A stretch of 24,000 nt of DNA from NCBI RefSeq assembly GCF_002911695.1, contig NZ_PQBS01000019.1, positions 10,002-34,001 of the forward strand. The letters are read 5' to 3'. Below are positions 23,341 through 24,000 of the stretch, one piece after another. The notes below the pieces were generated by a model. The model was given only the letters and a program-made list of their open reading frames with translations. It had not been told where the DNA came from and did no database searches. How positions within the stretch are numbered: the first letter of the stretch is position 1; every line of letters starts with the position of its first letter. Source of the DNA: Gracilimonas amylolytica. Lineage in GTDB: Bacteria; Bacteroidota; Rhodothermia; Balneolales; Balneolaceae. The position numbers and the translations under genes were made by a program.

Positions 23341-24000
23341 CTCTGAAATCACAAGTTCTGCTTCAGCGTTTTCAGAGTCGAACGTGCCAACAAAAATACT
23401 GTATAACCCATCTTTAGGATCCTGGAAGGTAATAGCTGGGTTTACTCCATTTGAATCATCACTAAAGTACCAGGTCCCTTCAGGATCATTGATGAGCAAA
23501 ATCGTATCCGTTTCACTGTTGACAGAGATAGTAAGAGTCTCATTTGCATTACTAGAAGGAGTAAAATAAAAATCTATATCTGGTTTTGCAGCGGTATATC
23601 CGGAGTAGCCGTATTGGGACAGATCTACAGAACCTCCGGCTGTAATGGTTTTTACATAGGGATCGGGCATAAAGCCACTTTCAAGGGTTACGTCACCATA
23701 ATAAGGATCTTCAGAGATGTCCAGCTCATCAAAAGAGGCATTGCTTATTAAGCCGGTGTTCTCGCTGTTTCCATATCTGTTGATCTCTGAGATCACCAAG
23801 GTAGTTGAAATGAAGTCCTCAGCATCATAGTTGCCAACCCATACCGCATAATTTCCTGATTCAGGGTTTTCAATTGTTATTTCTGAATTATACCCGTTTT
23901 CATCCCCATCATCATTAAAATGAAACTCACCGGAGGGTGAAAATATCAGTATCACAGGGTCATCTGCACCATCTTCGACCTCTACTGTAAAATTGAGTTC
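23335..24000 (-). CDS. Hypothetical secreted repeat-domain protein, C-terminal part (5' end outside the window)
   Basis: The frame stays open to the window edge: upstream of the GTG at 23955 it reads ELNFTVEVEDGADDP with no stop. Two tandem ~75-aa modules share D..LLI..P.G...F.DD..G.NP.ITF..P..G.Y...VG......A.LVISE. Confidence 0.5.
   Translation of the reverse strand, partial: ELNFTVEVEDGADDPVILIFSPSGEFHFNDDGDENGYNSEITIENPESGNYAVWVGNYDAEDFISTTLVISEINRYGNSENTGLISNASFDELDISEDPYYGDVTLESGFMPDPYVKTITAGGSVDLSQYGYSGYTAAKPDIDFYFTPSSNANETLTISVNSETDTILLINDPEGTWYFSDDSNGVNPAITFQDPKDGLYSIFVGTFDSENAEAELVISEL

Overview
This is a chromosomal window of moderate GC. Its gene content looks like the Bacteroidota/Balneolota (FCB) lineage: a TonB-dependent receptor with a CarboxypepD_reg-type N-terminus, DUF4856/imelysin/HTTM lipoprotein genes, and a fused-type hisB. 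That placement is a guess from memory of these families, because no search was possible.

Gene layout:
(1) A + strand histidine operon, hisG (3' end only)-hisD-hisC-hisB-hisH. It stops after hisH.
(2) A + strand envelope cluster: a LolA-like lipoprotein-sorting protein, two FtsX/MacB-type permeases, an ABC ATPase and a putative outer-membrane beta-barrel.
(3) A five-gene minus-strand locus: DUF4856-like lipoprotein, imelysin-like lipoprotein, HTTM membrane protein, TonB-dependent receptor and PD40/TolB-like beta-propeller.
(4) A large atypical SGNH hydrolase, an AhpD-like CMD protein, an NAD(P)-binding SDR-like protein, hemH-hemY, and the 3' part of a repeat-domain protein that runs off the window.

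I saw no rRNA, tRNA, CRISPR, transposase or integrase.

The most unusual content is non-coding. Heptanucleotide tracts (CAGTNAN and GAA-phased) start inside the last codons of several genes and supply their stop codons. One inverted set of these tracts encloses an AT-rich, nonsense-mutated gene of the four-helix-bundle (23S-IVS protein / Avd) family, wedged between the LolA-like gene and the first permease gene. A second repeat family, about 100 nt long and hairpin-forming, fills the hisD-hisC and hisC-hisB spacers and appears to have rewritten the 3' ends of both genes.

All family assignments come from reading the translations, not from HMM or BLAST.
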